A stretch of 62,990 nucleotides of DNA, filler included, from Octopus bimaculoides (Eukaryota): NCBI RefSeq assembly GCF_001194135.2. It is 4 parts of 4 records of this genome, joined end to end, with 100 filler letters (N's around TTAATTAATTAA, not from the genome) between each part and the next. Parts side by side here need not be neighbours in the genome. Positions count along the whole stretch, not along the records: positions 1 to 17,007 come from NC_068983.1; positions 17,108 to 43,392 come from NC_068989.1; 2 more parts are not named here. One strand, written 5' to 3'. Position 1 is the first letter of the stretch. The number at the start of each line of letters is the position of its first letter. This document shows positions 12,896 through 25,274 of this stretch, one piece after another. The notes beneath the pieces were generated by a model. That model was not told where the DNA came from. It was given only the letters and a program-made list of their open reading frames with translations, and did no database searches. The position numbers and the translations under genes are program-made.

Positions 12896-13136
12896 TTATG
12901 TTGAGTTACTGTGTTGGTTGATCTGTCGATACATATCCCCAATTATATGTTTCTGTTCGATTAAAGAACCGCAAGTAGAGAGACTTTGGAATGTCTTAAT
13001 ATGTTTCGTTGTGTCAGTAATAGCTTGGACTTCGAGAATCCATTTCAGTTTCTTTTGTTCTTTCTTCGAAAAAACATTTGATTTACATTCCTCTCTGGTG
13101 AGCAGTTGAACTGTCCAACTGTATAACGTTTGTTTT
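12896..13136 (-). CDS. Candidate terminal coding exon of an unidentified gene
   Basis: Minus-strand ctgac + tttttctctgcgacag acceptor, followed by a 79-codon open frame (KQTLYSWTVQLLTREECKSNVFSKKEQKKLKWILEVQ...INQHSNST*). The stop overlaps AATAAA. No homology recognised. Confidence 0.25.
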
Positions 13137-14373
13137 CTGTCGCAGAGAAAAAGTCAGGTGTGAACGTAAGCATGTAAATATGTATGTGTGTATGCATGTA
13201 CTTATTTATCTATATACATATATAGATTACTTATTCATTTATATGAATAAGTATTTGTAGAGAAACACATGTAATCAAATGAGAAAGGAGCAGACTGACG
13301 AAATGCACTTGAAAATATAATGTCTGAACGTACTACAATGACTAAATGCACTTCAAAAAGTAATCACAGCTATCCAACTAAATCTAACTGCCATATGTAA
13401 CAAGTTTATATTGCAAAGTGATTGTATTCTGGTTGCCGTTGTAATAAAATAATGTAACAAAATTAATCAATCAAACCGATTTTCATTCATATTTTTCAAT
13501 TATTTTGTTGATTGAGCAAAGTATTTTTAAATGATATGAGAAGATAACAGTAGATGCATATTGATTCCATTTCAAATATATCCAATACATAAGTAAATAT
13601 ACTGGGTATATACCTGAAGTGGAATCAGAGAAACCTCCTGTCCAGTTTTTTTTTGTTTTTTTTTAATTCTGAAATGTCACGTATCTCATCAGACTACTTG
13701 ACTAGATTGCATAGTTCTTTTGTCGTTTGGGATATGGGATATTAAGTCCTCAAACGAGGTTATTTTTCATTATTTCTTTTTCAATATTATTTTAATCATA
13801 TTTAATAACAATTTCTTGACATTTAATCTTACAATAAAGATTTTTAATTTTCCTTATTGGACGTAGAATTTGTCAATCGACAGCAACTGAATAAGACTCT
13901 CCTGAATAATTAATTCATTTCACATACTATTGATTTTTCTCCTAAGCACCGATACAAGTAATAGTTAAAAGAGAGATAGTGTCGGATCAAACACAAAATT
14001 TTATCAAGACAATTACGGTAACCCTTTGAAAGAAATGTTAGGCATTACCACTATGCAGATGTTTCTCTTGAAAGTAAGCAATGTAAAAATTTTGAGTCTG
14101 GGAAGCAAATAATACTCTGTGGTATAACACCGCTTTGGCGTTCCAACTTAAACTAATGCATCCACATCGGTAGATCAAGCTGAATACGAGCTGAAACTTG
14201 ATTAGAAATCTACATCAAAGTCAGATCTACTATCGTTAAAAGTAGCTGGTAATATTTAATTACAAATTGTTTATTGTAAGAAAATGAGTATAAGTTTTAC
14301 TATTTTTCTTCGAAAATGCTGGAGAGCCTCTCTCTCTCTTTCCTTCTCTTTCTTTCTTCCTTTCTTTCTCTCG

Positions 14374-14405
<32 letters not shown>

Positions 14406-14427
14406 TTCTCTCCCTCACACACACACG

Positions 14428-14463
<36 letters not shown>

Positions 14464-14815
14464 CACACACACACAAACAAACACACACACAAAGTTACAC
14501 ATTTATATGAGACTGATAACAGATAATCTGATAAGAGTGCTGATTGTAATATCCATTCAATGACATTTTGTCGGAAATTTTGTAGTATTTCATGCTAAAT
14601 CTTTACCAATGTAATTATAGGATAACACTGTACAGATGTGTGTAATCATTACAGAGCATAGTCAGAGATTTATTCTAGAAAATACGATAGCCAATGGATA
14701 TTTCTATTATATCTAAAATTTCAAACATATACATTACTTCTATTTATCTCTCATATATATGATATGTTTGTGTGTATGTAGGAACGCACACATTTATACG
14801 CACAGGCACACACAC

Positions 14816-14872
<57 letters not shown>

Positions 14873-15582
14873 TGTGAGTGTATGTATGTATGTGTGTCTA
14901 ACTATACACATATTTTCTTGTAAATTTGTGCGCATACACTGCAATTTAGTATTCCTTTGAGCATGTAAATAATGACTAATGTATTTTCGTTACTGTATCA
15001 CAATGGGTTTTTCTTTGGTGCTTTAACACTAAAAGAACCACTTTGTTAAAAATATGATTTCGATACACACTCACCAACACACATACACACACGCACACTT
15101 GCTCACACACACACAAACACACACAAACACACACAAACACGCACACATATATATACGGTAGACATACAATTACAAACATACACACGACATTCATACACTG
15201 GATAGCTTTTCATACGATATCATGGCAAATACTTTGCATCATTGGTTTTTGAGTGATAAAGAATTTGATTCTGGTGTGCATTAATAAATATAATGGTAAT
15301 CGAATATTGTGGAAAATGCTCAATATTCTCTGATTTGAAACCTTAAATTATTGATAAGAGACATAATATATACTATCAATTCGTCTGAGCGCTCGACTTC
15401 ATTCTATATACAATCCTAACATTACACATATGGATGCGTTTGGAATATTTCATTTGGGTTAACTCCTTGTGTAGTGTCTTGGATAATTTTTCAAAATAGC
15501 CATTACATCAGATTCAGAAAGGTGACCCCCATGTTCCGGCTATTGACTAAGTTGGGGTGTAAAAGCATTATTTTGTATTCAG

Positions 15583-15666
15583 AAAACCCAAATATATCCC
15601 CGGTGCGGCGAACTACACACGCAAACATTTTTCGTCTGATGTATTACAAAATGGATACTACTATAG
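15583..15666 (+). CDS. Candidate 84-nt internal exon, product unknown
   Basis: ttttgtattcag acceptor, weak AG|GTGACA donor, length divisible by 3, two open frames. Confidence 0.2.
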
Positions 15667-16074
15667 GTGACACACGTTTAAGTTGTAGAATGAAAGCGAA
15701 ATTTTGCATTCTTCTGTGATTCAGTATGTTGCTACACAAGTACAAATGTTTCTATGTAGTTGTGTAGAGAAATACTTAGACTGAAAGGCATCTCTAAATC
15801 ATCTGTAGCAGAATTTATAACTTATGCTCTGTAAAAGTAATTGGATGTTTCCTTCTGGTAAACTTTCAGTCAGCGTCTATTTTCAAGGTATAATTTTTTA
15901 GTGAGACATTTTCAAATGAAAAAATGATGGATTTCTGAATTAATGATCTAAGGAATTTAATGTTTCGAATAATTAAATCAATTCAATCACAAAATACGAT
16001 ATCTAGAAAAACGAGTGTGCTACTCTTTTTTTTTAATTATTGTTAGCGCTCTTAATAATTCTGATGCGGCTTTA

Positions 16075-16260
16075 GGCATCGAGCTGGCTGAATCATTAAC
16101 TCGCCGGCCAAAATGCTTGGTGGAATTTAGTCTGTTTGTACGTTCTGTGTCAAAATTCTGCTGAGTTCAACCTTGCCTTCCAGCTTTTCGGGATCAAAAA
16201 TTTAAGTACCACTTGAAAACTAAATCGACGTAATCGAATAAGTCCCTCCTCGACATTGCT
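16075..16260 (+). mobile_element. tRNA-derived SINE (family with ...ggggtcgat... tail), diverged
   Basis: Similar to 40865-41050 and to minus-strand copies at about 19725-19905, 21690-21800 and 23215-23420. Confidence 0.7.
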
Positions 16261-16956
16261 GTCCATATGCAAAACTTTGACCCGAAAATTAGTGACGATG
16301 TTGTTCTTACCGCTTTTCGTGCTATACTGTAGTCAAATGGTTAATACATTTATATTATTTAGGAATGATTAGACACCTTACTCGTTTTGTAACTATATAT
16401 GTTGTACGGGTCTTCAGCATACATAATAATTGTGCTGACAAGTTTAGATTTCTTTATGCTTAATTCGTCTTCAAATTGTAGAGCATTGAATAATGTACTC
16501 ATTTCCTCTTTAAACTAACTATTTATCTATACTAAACTAACTATTTGTCTATACTAAGCTATACTAAACTAACCTCATAACTACTTAATCAATAATTTTA
16601 GATGCATAGAGTCAGACAATATAATGTATTAACGGAAAAACAGAATAAATTGGACATCCGCAAAGATTTTTATCTTAATTTTATTGAAAACCGCTTGAAT
16701 GAAATTATCAAATCTCGGGCAATAAAAGATATATTAGATTTTGAAGTTGTTGAATAATGTTATGTATCAACACAATTTCACAACCAATATAGCTTAGAGT
16801 TGTTTTTAAATTGAGGACATAATCTTAGATATCGAGACAAAATTTGTCTCATATCTACAGAAGGTCATTTAGTTTAACTTCTGTATTTCAGCATTTTTCT
16901 ATATATTTGCTCAGAAATTTATCTTTATAATGTAGTAACTGAATTCAACCTATCTC

Positions 16957-17007
<51 letters not shown>

Positions 17008-17107
17008 NNNNNNNNNNNNNNNNNNNNNNNNNNNNNNNNNNNNNNNNNNNNTTAATTAATTAANNNNNNNNNNNNNNNNNNNNNNNNNNNNNNNNNNNNN
17101 NNNNNNN

Positions 17108-17336
17108 TAACCCTTTTGATACCAACCCAGCTAAAACCGTCTCTGGATCTGTAGTACGAATGTCTTGCTTTCATAAGTTTGGGATTAAAATCTTCCACCA
17201 AACCTTAGCCACAATTTACATTCCTAACACTAGCTTAATGATAACTAAGTTATTATATTAAATTCTTTGTTATATTTAAAATTAATTAAAAGAAACACAG
17301 AACATCTCAACAGAAATATGGTAACAAGAGGGTTAA
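17108..17336 (+). mobile_element. About 230-bp MITE with piggyBac-like termini (TTAA|CCC...GGG|TTAA)
   Basis: Starts taacccttttgatacc and ends ggtaacaagagggttaa. Near-identical inverted copy at 38008-38237. Confidence 0.75.
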
Positions 17337-17738
17337 GCAGCCTGTCAATCGACATGTTTTGAACTCCACCGCAATTAACTTTGCCTCTCATTCTTTCAAG
17401 GTCAAAAACTAAGTACCAGTTGAATACTGGGGATCAATGTAATTGATTTCCCCATCCACCAAAATTGCTGGTTTTGTACCAAAATTTGAGACCAATGTAT
17501 TTTCGTTTATATTCTTTAACTTCTTAAAGTGTATATTTTATCATATTTTAAAAAAATGGCAGCTACATTAAGATAATATACAGCAAACTTAATCTTATAC
17601 ATAATATATTTATATCTATAAGCTCAATCTGGGTTTAAATAATTCATAACTAGATAACTTTGCTTAACTCAAGATGATAACATTCCTCTCTCTGGGTGAC
17701 AAAAACACAGCATATTACATATATGTTATAGCTGCAGT

Positions 17739-18083
17739 GAGAGCACATGGCTCAGTGGTTAGAGCATCAGCTTCACAATCATGAGGTAGTGAGTTTGATT
17801 CCTGGACCAGGCTGTATGTTGTGTTCTTGAGCAAGACACTTCATTTCATGTTGCTCCAGTTCACTCAGCTGTAGAAATGAGTTGTGATGTCACTGGTGCC
17901 AAGCTGTGTCGGCCCATTTGCCTTTCCCTTGGATAACATCGGTGGTGTGAAGAAGGGCGGCTGGTATGTATGGGCAACTGCTAATCTTCCATAAACAACC
18001 TTGCCCAGACTTGTGTTTTGGAGGGGAACTTTCTAGGTGCAATCCCTTGGTCATTCATGATAGAAGGGTATCTTTACTCTTTT
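17739..18083 (+). mobile_element. tRNA-derived SINE
   Basis: A box tggctcagtggttagag, B-box-like gagtttgattcc, and a central ttcttgagcaagacact...cactcagctgtagaaatgag block. Confidence 0.85.
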
Positions 18084-18089
18084 ATAGCA

Positions 18090-18365
18090 GCAGGCATGGC
18101 TGTGTGGCTAAGAAGCTAGCTTTGCAGCCATGTGCCTTTGGGTTCAGTCCTACTGTGCAGCAGTAACACACCTACACACACACACATATATATTTATACA
18201 TGCATACGATGGTTTTTTTTTTCAATTTCCATCTACCAAATTCACTCACAAGGACTTGGTTGACCCAAGGCTATAGAGGAAGACAATTGCCCAAGGTGCC
18301 ACACAATGGGACTGAACACGAAACCATGTGGTTGGGAAGTTAACTTTTTACCACAGAGCTATGTC
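18090..18365. mobile_element. Two SINE head fragments in inverted orientation
   Basis: Plus-strand head (ggcatggctgtgtggctaagaag...ggttcagtcc) followed by a minus-strand copy of the same family at about 18200-18365. Confidence 0.75.
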
Positions 18366-20073
18366 TGTTAAAAAAAAATATTCTTTGAATCTTTTAGATA
18401 CTGATAGCTCAGCCTGATCTGCTGGAATCACTTTAGACCACAGAAGAATGGAAAATTCATTGGTTTGTAAGTCATTGAATCTCCACTAAGTCCAAAAGAA
18501 AGGTAATTAATTCTTACTGGCTCAGTATGCTTAGATGTAAATAAGAACCACATAGCAGGTAATGCACGCCATTGTAAACAAGTACCCCAAGGTAGATAGC
18601 ACACACTCCTGTAATGGCTCATTAACGTCCAGCGCTGAATTCCAAACCATCAATGGACCTAGGTTATAATAGAAGCATTCACAGTGGTCATTTTTAATGA
18701 AGCCTTCTTACACCAATACACACCAAAGTGGATTCAATATGCTAATGGTATCTAGAGTGTAACAGCATCTCTAGAATTCCGAGTCCACCTCATACTTGTA
18801 TATATATATATCCTCTTGAAGCACACAGTCAGAACACCAGACTAGATTATTTACATTACTAAATTTGATGCCTCACATCTGTGAGTATAAATGCCATGAT
18901 CATGATTGTCCTTGTCTTACATGCCGCATGGGGAGAAATAAGGTCAGCAATAAAATATGAACTCTATTGGAATCAAATCTGATGACATTCCTTTCAACTT
19001 ATGAAAACGGATTAAGTACATTCAAAAGAATATCATCACCATAGTGGTGAGGAATATTAAGCAGAATGCCATAAAAGTAAATTATGGTAATTTCTTTCTC
19101 ATTGCACTTTGCCCGACTGTTTTTCATTTCTTTTGTGGTGAAGTAATGGAGGAAAGATAGAGACAAAGTATGATTTCTAGGCTGTCCAGCTAAAGCTCTC
19201 TCTCTCTCTCTCTTTTACACATACATGCACACACGTGCAATGAGTGGTTTGTAGGAGGGGGCAAAGTTCATTGGCACATCAGTGAGACGAATAAATTGGC
19301 TGGTCTGTGACGTGGTTTTACACAGAAAAACCAAAGGATATTAAACACTTTTGCTGTTTAGCTCTGCACTAACTAAACTTAAAATACATGATAATGATGG
19401 TGACAATGGAAACGGTTGGTGTATGGATTAGCTTTGTTTGTGTATTGAATTCTTTAAATAATATACTCATGCATCTTAACTATAAATTCTTGCCTCCTAT
19501 GGCAAACTTGCAATTTGATTGGTAGAAACAGCAACTAAAATCTTTGTTGAATCACACTACATCATCTTAAAAAAGAAAAAAGGGTGGACCTCATAGAGTC
19601 CTGCATACATTGTCTTGAAAAATTAGAAAAAGAAAGAATGAGATGTCTATGGTTCCTCATTCAGGATTGGCCTGCAGCTAAACAACTGTAGATTTCTCAT
19701 CACATTGATTTCAAATTTTGGTACAAGGCCAGGAATTTCGAGGAAGGGGGTCAAGCAAATTACATCGACCCCAGTGTTCAACTGGTATTTATTTCACCGA
19801 CCACGAAAGAACGAAAGGCAAAGTCAACCTTGTTGGAATGTAAAAAGGACGAAATACTGCTGAGCATTTTGTCAAGCATGGTAATGATTCTATCAACTTA
19901 CTGCCTTAGCATTTCTCATTTGTATTAACAGCTAGAGTACATCAAAAGTAAATCCTCAGATTCAGAAAATCTCCTTTTAAATTCCGACATAAAACACTAC
20001 AATTTTGACTAAGAAAAGGCAACTATCCTGAAATTTTGGCTCCAGAAAAGAAAAAGAAACAAGAAATTTTTTT

Positions 20074-20380
20074 CATCATCATCGTTTAACGTCTGCTTTC
20101 CATGCTGGCATGGGTTGGACGGTTTGACTGAGGGCTGGCAAACTAGAAGGTTGTACCAGGCTCCAATCTGATCTGGCAGAGTTTCTACAGCTGGATGCCC
20201 TTCCTAACACCAACCACTCCGAGAGTGTAGTGGATGCTTTCTACGTGCCACCGGCACTGGCATCGACCACACTTGAATGGTGCTTTTTACATGCTACCGG
20301 CATGAGAACCAGTCAGCCAGCACTGGCATCAACCACGCCTGGATGGTGCTCTTTACGTGCCACCGGCACGGGAGCCAACG
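20074..20380 (-). mobile_element. SINE with RTE-type 3' tail (ggacgttaaacgatgatg) and internal tandem units
   Basis: catcatcatcgtttaacgtc.gctttccatgctggcatgggttggacgg...ggatgcccttcc motif. Further copies at about 31050-31610, 33712-33860, 39010-39320 (all minus) and 41060-41215 (plus). Confidence 0.8.
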
Positions 20381-20657
20381 GGTCTGATTCCTTTGCGCAT
20401 AAGGAAGCACAAAAAGATGTCTTTTAAAAGCATTTCAACTATGACCATCCCATATTGTAAACAAGATTATCCCAAATGTCCCTCATGCTGCACGCTATCA
20501 CAATTTTTGGTAAAAAGAAGTAAAAAATGCATTGGATCATATAGTCCACGATACATTATGCATGAAAGATCGTAGATGATGCCTTTCAATTGAGGTGTTA
20601 GATCGTATCTTATCTGGAACTCAATAATATCTGGCAATACGATAGATTTACTCGTTT

Positions 20658-21032
20658 TCTCTTTTACTTGTTTCAGTCATTTGACTGTGGCCATGCTGGA
20701 GCACCGCCTTTAGTTGAGCAAATCGACCCCAGGTCTTCTTCTTTGTAAGGCTAGTACTTATTCTATCGGCATCTTTTTGCCGAACCGCTAAGTTACGGGG
20801 ACGTAAACACACCAGCATTGGTTGTCAAGAGATGTTGGTGGGGGGGGGGGACAAACACAGACACACAAACACATACATATATACGACGGGCTTCTTTCAG
20901 TTTCCGTTTACCAAATCCACTCACAAGGCTTTGGTCGGCCCGAGGCTATAGTAGAAGACACTTGCCCAAGGTGCCACGCAGTGGGAGTGAACCCAGAACC
21001 ATGTGGTTGGCTACTTACCACACAGCCACTTT
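20658..21032 (-). mobile_element. Full-length octopus-type tRNA-derived SINE
   Basis: Reverse complement of the 27222-27613 copy: head, central (TA)n/(CA)n, and ...ggtgctccagcatggcc...gaaacaagtaaaagag tail. Confidence 0.9.
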
Positions 21033-22408
21033 GCCGTCACATAATGTGGTAGAAATAGCAGCTATATACCTCGCCAATGCAAACAATGCAATATTAAAAT
21101 ACAGAGAAATATTGAAAAACAAATATTTTAAATAGAATCTGAACATTAGAAGATGAGGTGGTCACGAGTGGAATGCCTTTGATCGTAAATCAGCAGGATC
21201 GGGGTTGATCTGAAACTAAATAATGACTAACGAATAATTCCAACCAACAAGAAACCTTCTATCCTCTACGCAGTCGCTCGAACTGCTAGAGATAGCAGTC
21301 AAACGATTATCTGTGTGCGTAAAACAGCCATGTACACGAAAAGGAATCAGAACTTTCATTTCTAAATTTGCATTATTTATAATTAAAAAAAAAAAGAAAA
21401 AAATTCTGTTTCAGAGGCCTACACTACAGGATACCGGAAAAGATTTACATTAATAGTTTCAGAAATTATGTTTTTGTTGTTGTTCTTTCTCCAATAAAAA
21501 GCGATTTAATGTCTTACAAATTCAATAAATGCGTAGATCAGTTAAAGATTCGCTAAGCAAACAAACTTCATTTGAAAGTATTCAAGAGACACGATATACA
21601 GACGTGTGTATACATATATTGATTCCTCTTATTAATGTAAGGGCCACAGACATTTTTGCTTTCTTTTTCTTTGTTGTTTTTTCAGGGAATTGGGTAGTTA
21701 TAGCCGATTCGATCGATCCCAGAACATGATCGGTACTTATTTTGTCAACTCCGAAGGGATGCAACACAAAATCGACCGAATGAGATTGGAATTCAGAACA
21801 CAGAATCGAAGAATACTATTATTACTCCATCGTTTCTGCTATTCCCCCTACGTTAAAAAACCCTGCAAAGTTTGATTTTGTTGGCGATAAGCTGCCGCCA
21901 GTCTGATGCACAGAAAAAAGAAGAAAACACAACTCTAGGTGGACTTAGGTTAGTGTAAATGAGATGCGAGTACATGATGTTCATGCATTTCTGGCAGTTA
22001 TTATTAGGATAAGATTTAAAATATCAACGAAAAAAAGCGAAACGAGTTCACATATGGTTTATGAAGGCGCAGTTTTGTTAAGTTTTATAACGAAGCGCAC
22101 CTCTAAAACTTAATCGGCCAGCAATTTCGGGAGAAAAGGTAAGTCGATTAAATCGACCCCAATACAAACTTTCTAAAGATTGGTCTGGAACCTCTTATAA
22201 TCCGCACTCATTTACGAGCAGGAACTTTAAATTCCCGCGGCTGCCAAACTAGTTTACTATACTTTGCATAGTACAGTACTAATAAACTTGTATCATTTAT
22301 ACTAATGTACAGGTACTTGTATTCCATTCAAATATCAACAAAGCGTGTGATTAGAAAAAAATCGGTGACCCGGAGGGCTTGGGAACCAAAAGTTCAGGAA
22401 AACTGATA

Positions 22409-22450
<42 letters not shown>

Positions 22451-22627
22451 TAGATAAAGAAATAATTTTATTCTCAAACGCAGGATAATGCTAATGATAT
22501 AAGCACGAACAGGATAAATTATCCATATATTTTGCAGAAAAATCTGTCGGCGGCCAGCACTCAACGCTTCTGAAGCAAACTTTGTTGACTTACAACATAA
22601 GTTGAATTTAACACACGCACACACATA

Positions 22628-22754
22628 CAGGGTGTCCACAAAGTCTGGGTACATGGAGTAAATAAAATCATAACATAAACAATTAAATATAAGAAATAAT
22701 AATTTCTTAAAGTATGTGTTAATCCTCATGTACCCAGACTTTGTGGACACCCTG
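22628..22754. mobile_element. Tc1/mariner-type MITE
   Basis: 28-bp perfect TIR cagggtgtccacaaagtctgggtacatg, TA on both sides. Second copy at 27927-28042. Confidence 0.9.
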
Positions 22755-25113
22755 TATATACAAACGTGCGCGCACACAGAAGTGGTACGCATAGAAGCGT
22801 GTATACCAGCATGAGCCATTTCATTACAGATAATAAATACAAATATAGGAAGCAGTGCAGCTAATGCTCACATGGTTAACACCCAATACGGTAAATGTAT
22901 AAAGAGTTTGCAAGCCAATGAGTGAGCCTCTATACGGTAACTCGACCTGCTAGAAATACCAGACAAATCGACATCTTCTATCACACTAATAAATGGTAAG
23001 ACACACTGGACGATAGAGTTAAAGTGTACAAAAAAGACAGGACGCTCATGGTAGGAATGTCTTTGAGCGTACGTGTCTACACCCGAGTCGGAAAGGTTAT
23101 TATTAGGGTAAGACTTGTACAACGACAAAAGCGAAACGAGTTCTCATACGGCTTCTGAAGGCTCAGTTTTGTTAAGTTTTATAACGAAACTCACCTCCCA
23201 AACTAAAGGGTTTCAAATTTTGGCACAAGGCCAGCAATTTCGGGAGAAAGGATAAGTCGATTAAATCGACCCCAATACTCAACTGGTATTTATTTTATCG
23301 ACTTCGATAGGATAAAAAGCAAAGTCGACCTCGGCGAAATTTGAACACTGAACCTAAAGACGGACGAAATGTCGCTAAGCCTTTTTTCATATAACTAGGA
23401 CGATTTTCTCCAATGCATCCTTCCTGTTTTAAGATGATAGGGATCTTAGCTACTATTACTAACAGGTCGAGCAAACCACAAGATGGTTTCCTCGATGTTT
23501 GCATTTCCTAAGAGGTAATCTGTGAAATAAATGTCTGCTGTGTTTATACCGTTTCTCTAAAATTATATTGAGAGCGAGAGAGGCGGAGAGGAAAGAGTTA
23601 AGTATTCCGTCCATACTAAAATTTTACGCATGGAATATCGTCTTAAAGTATGGAGACTGGACTCTGTAGTTAAAAAAGTTGGCATTGGGATTTCTCACCT
23701 AAGTGGTCTCCGGTTCGATCCTATTGCACGACGCTTTTGCATCCTTGTTCTCTATTATAACTTCGGTTGATCAATAACTGTGAAAAGACTGGTATTTGTA
23801 CAGAATAAAATCGGGAAGTATCTAGTGTGCCAAAAGCAGTGATTTCTTCTTATCTGTATTTGGCGATCTTTCGACATTGGTCCACAGAATGCCGCTATGA
23901 AGAGAATTCATTCACCCTCTTTTTCAGCCTAGCTTCTTTACCCATGTCGCGAGAGAAGGCTTTGTGTGAGTGACGTCGTGTACCAATACTGAAGGATTTC
24001 CCTGTATTATTTTAAGCACCGTAGAATATTAAAAACAAAAACAAAAATGGAGGGAGGCGGTCACCGGGCCACGATAGTAGCACATGTCGACAGGCCATGA
24101 TCGTGGCCCAGATAGATGCATTTAATTCATGGGTGTTTGTTGGGGTCTAATGTCACTCAAACGCACCGATACCCCCCAGAATGCAAGAGGACTAATAGTT
24201 CAACTAATGGCTTTTCAGACGATGTAATACTTGCCACCATTATATACTAAGAAGATATTTCAACTATTTTTTGTGTTTAATGTGTGCATGGTAGTCTCAT
24301 CTTCATAAAATGTGCTCAGCAGTCCATGCTATATAAGCGCTTTATGAGTTAGGTTTTTAGTTTTGACTTTTTCGAAAAATCTTTCGAATTTAACTTAGGC
24401 ATTGTTTTTGAAAAATAATTTCAGATGTTTAAAGCAAATCGGTAATAATAAAATGTTCAAGAGAAAACTAAAATTAAAAAAAAAAAAACGGAAAAGGGAG
24501 GGGCACCTCCCTCACACATCTCTTCACCTTTTTCTTTGGCTTATTGGTATTCTACAATACTTAAAGCATCCGATGTAATTCGCGGTTTCCAACTCGAGTC
24601 TATGGGAATGCGAAGAATTTTACACACACACACACAGATTAATTAATGAAATATGTGCGATGTCTTTCATCGTTGTGTATAAGCGTTGCCTAACATCGTG
24701 GTGAGAAAACCCCAAAAACCGGTGCTTTATGAACGAGGTTCCTTGAAAGAAAGCAATTAGTATAGTCTAAAATGTCGAGTTTTACTAAAACGTGCCTCTG
24801 ATTATCTGCATGCGAAGAAAACGGCTTTTTCAGATATTTTTTTAAACATGCGGTCCGATTTCATGTTGATACAATATTACATAGGACAAGGTCATAGTTG
24901 TTTCTTTATATTGTACAACGACTGTAAGCAAGATACTAAATGGTCAAAAACATATATATATATATAAAAACTTTCCTTCTGATAAAAAGAAATTGACTGA
25001 AAGAAAAAAAAAACCATCACCATAACCATCTTTTACACCTTTGAAAAACGAATTTCTGCAAAATTACAAAAAAAAAAAAAAACTTTGTATTTTTTTCATT
25101 TAAAAAATGGTTT

Positions 25114-25274
25114 ATTTTCAGATTAACAACCACACGATTTTCAAGGTTAGAGTTTTAGGATCAATTTTAGGGTTAGGGTTTAGGTTACGGTTAGGGTTAC
25201 GGAATTCCGTCCGTAACCCTAAAACCCTAACCCTAACACCCTAGTGAAAATCGCGCGGGTGTTAATCTGAAAAT
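25114..25274. mobile_element. Palindromic element with head-to-head telomere-like repeats
   Basis: ttttcagattaac...cgattttca / tgaaaatcg...gttaatctgaaaat inverted ends enclose degenerate (TTAGGG)n - GGAATTCC - (CCCTAA)n. Confidence 0.8.

Noticed and set aside
17052-17063. TTAATTAATTAA isolated between two N runs (also at about 43437 and 59778)
   Set aside because: Identical 12-mer with stops in all frames, always between fixed-length N blocks: a scaffolding linker, not biology.
17739-17812. tRNA genes
   Set aside because: A/B boxes belong to SINE heads that continue into non-tRNA bodies; no complete cloverleaf was seen.
18525-18705. 58-codon minus-strand frame ending in a hydrophobic stretch (CFYYN...VLSTLGYLF), faintly like SID-1
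   Set aside because: Motif spacing does not match, there is no good acceptor, and the length is within chance expectation.
25170-25245. True telomere-telomere fusion scar
   Set aside because: Repeats are short and degenerate, enclosed by inverted ends, and the same core recurs at 39.8 kb; a dispersed repeat is more parsimonious.
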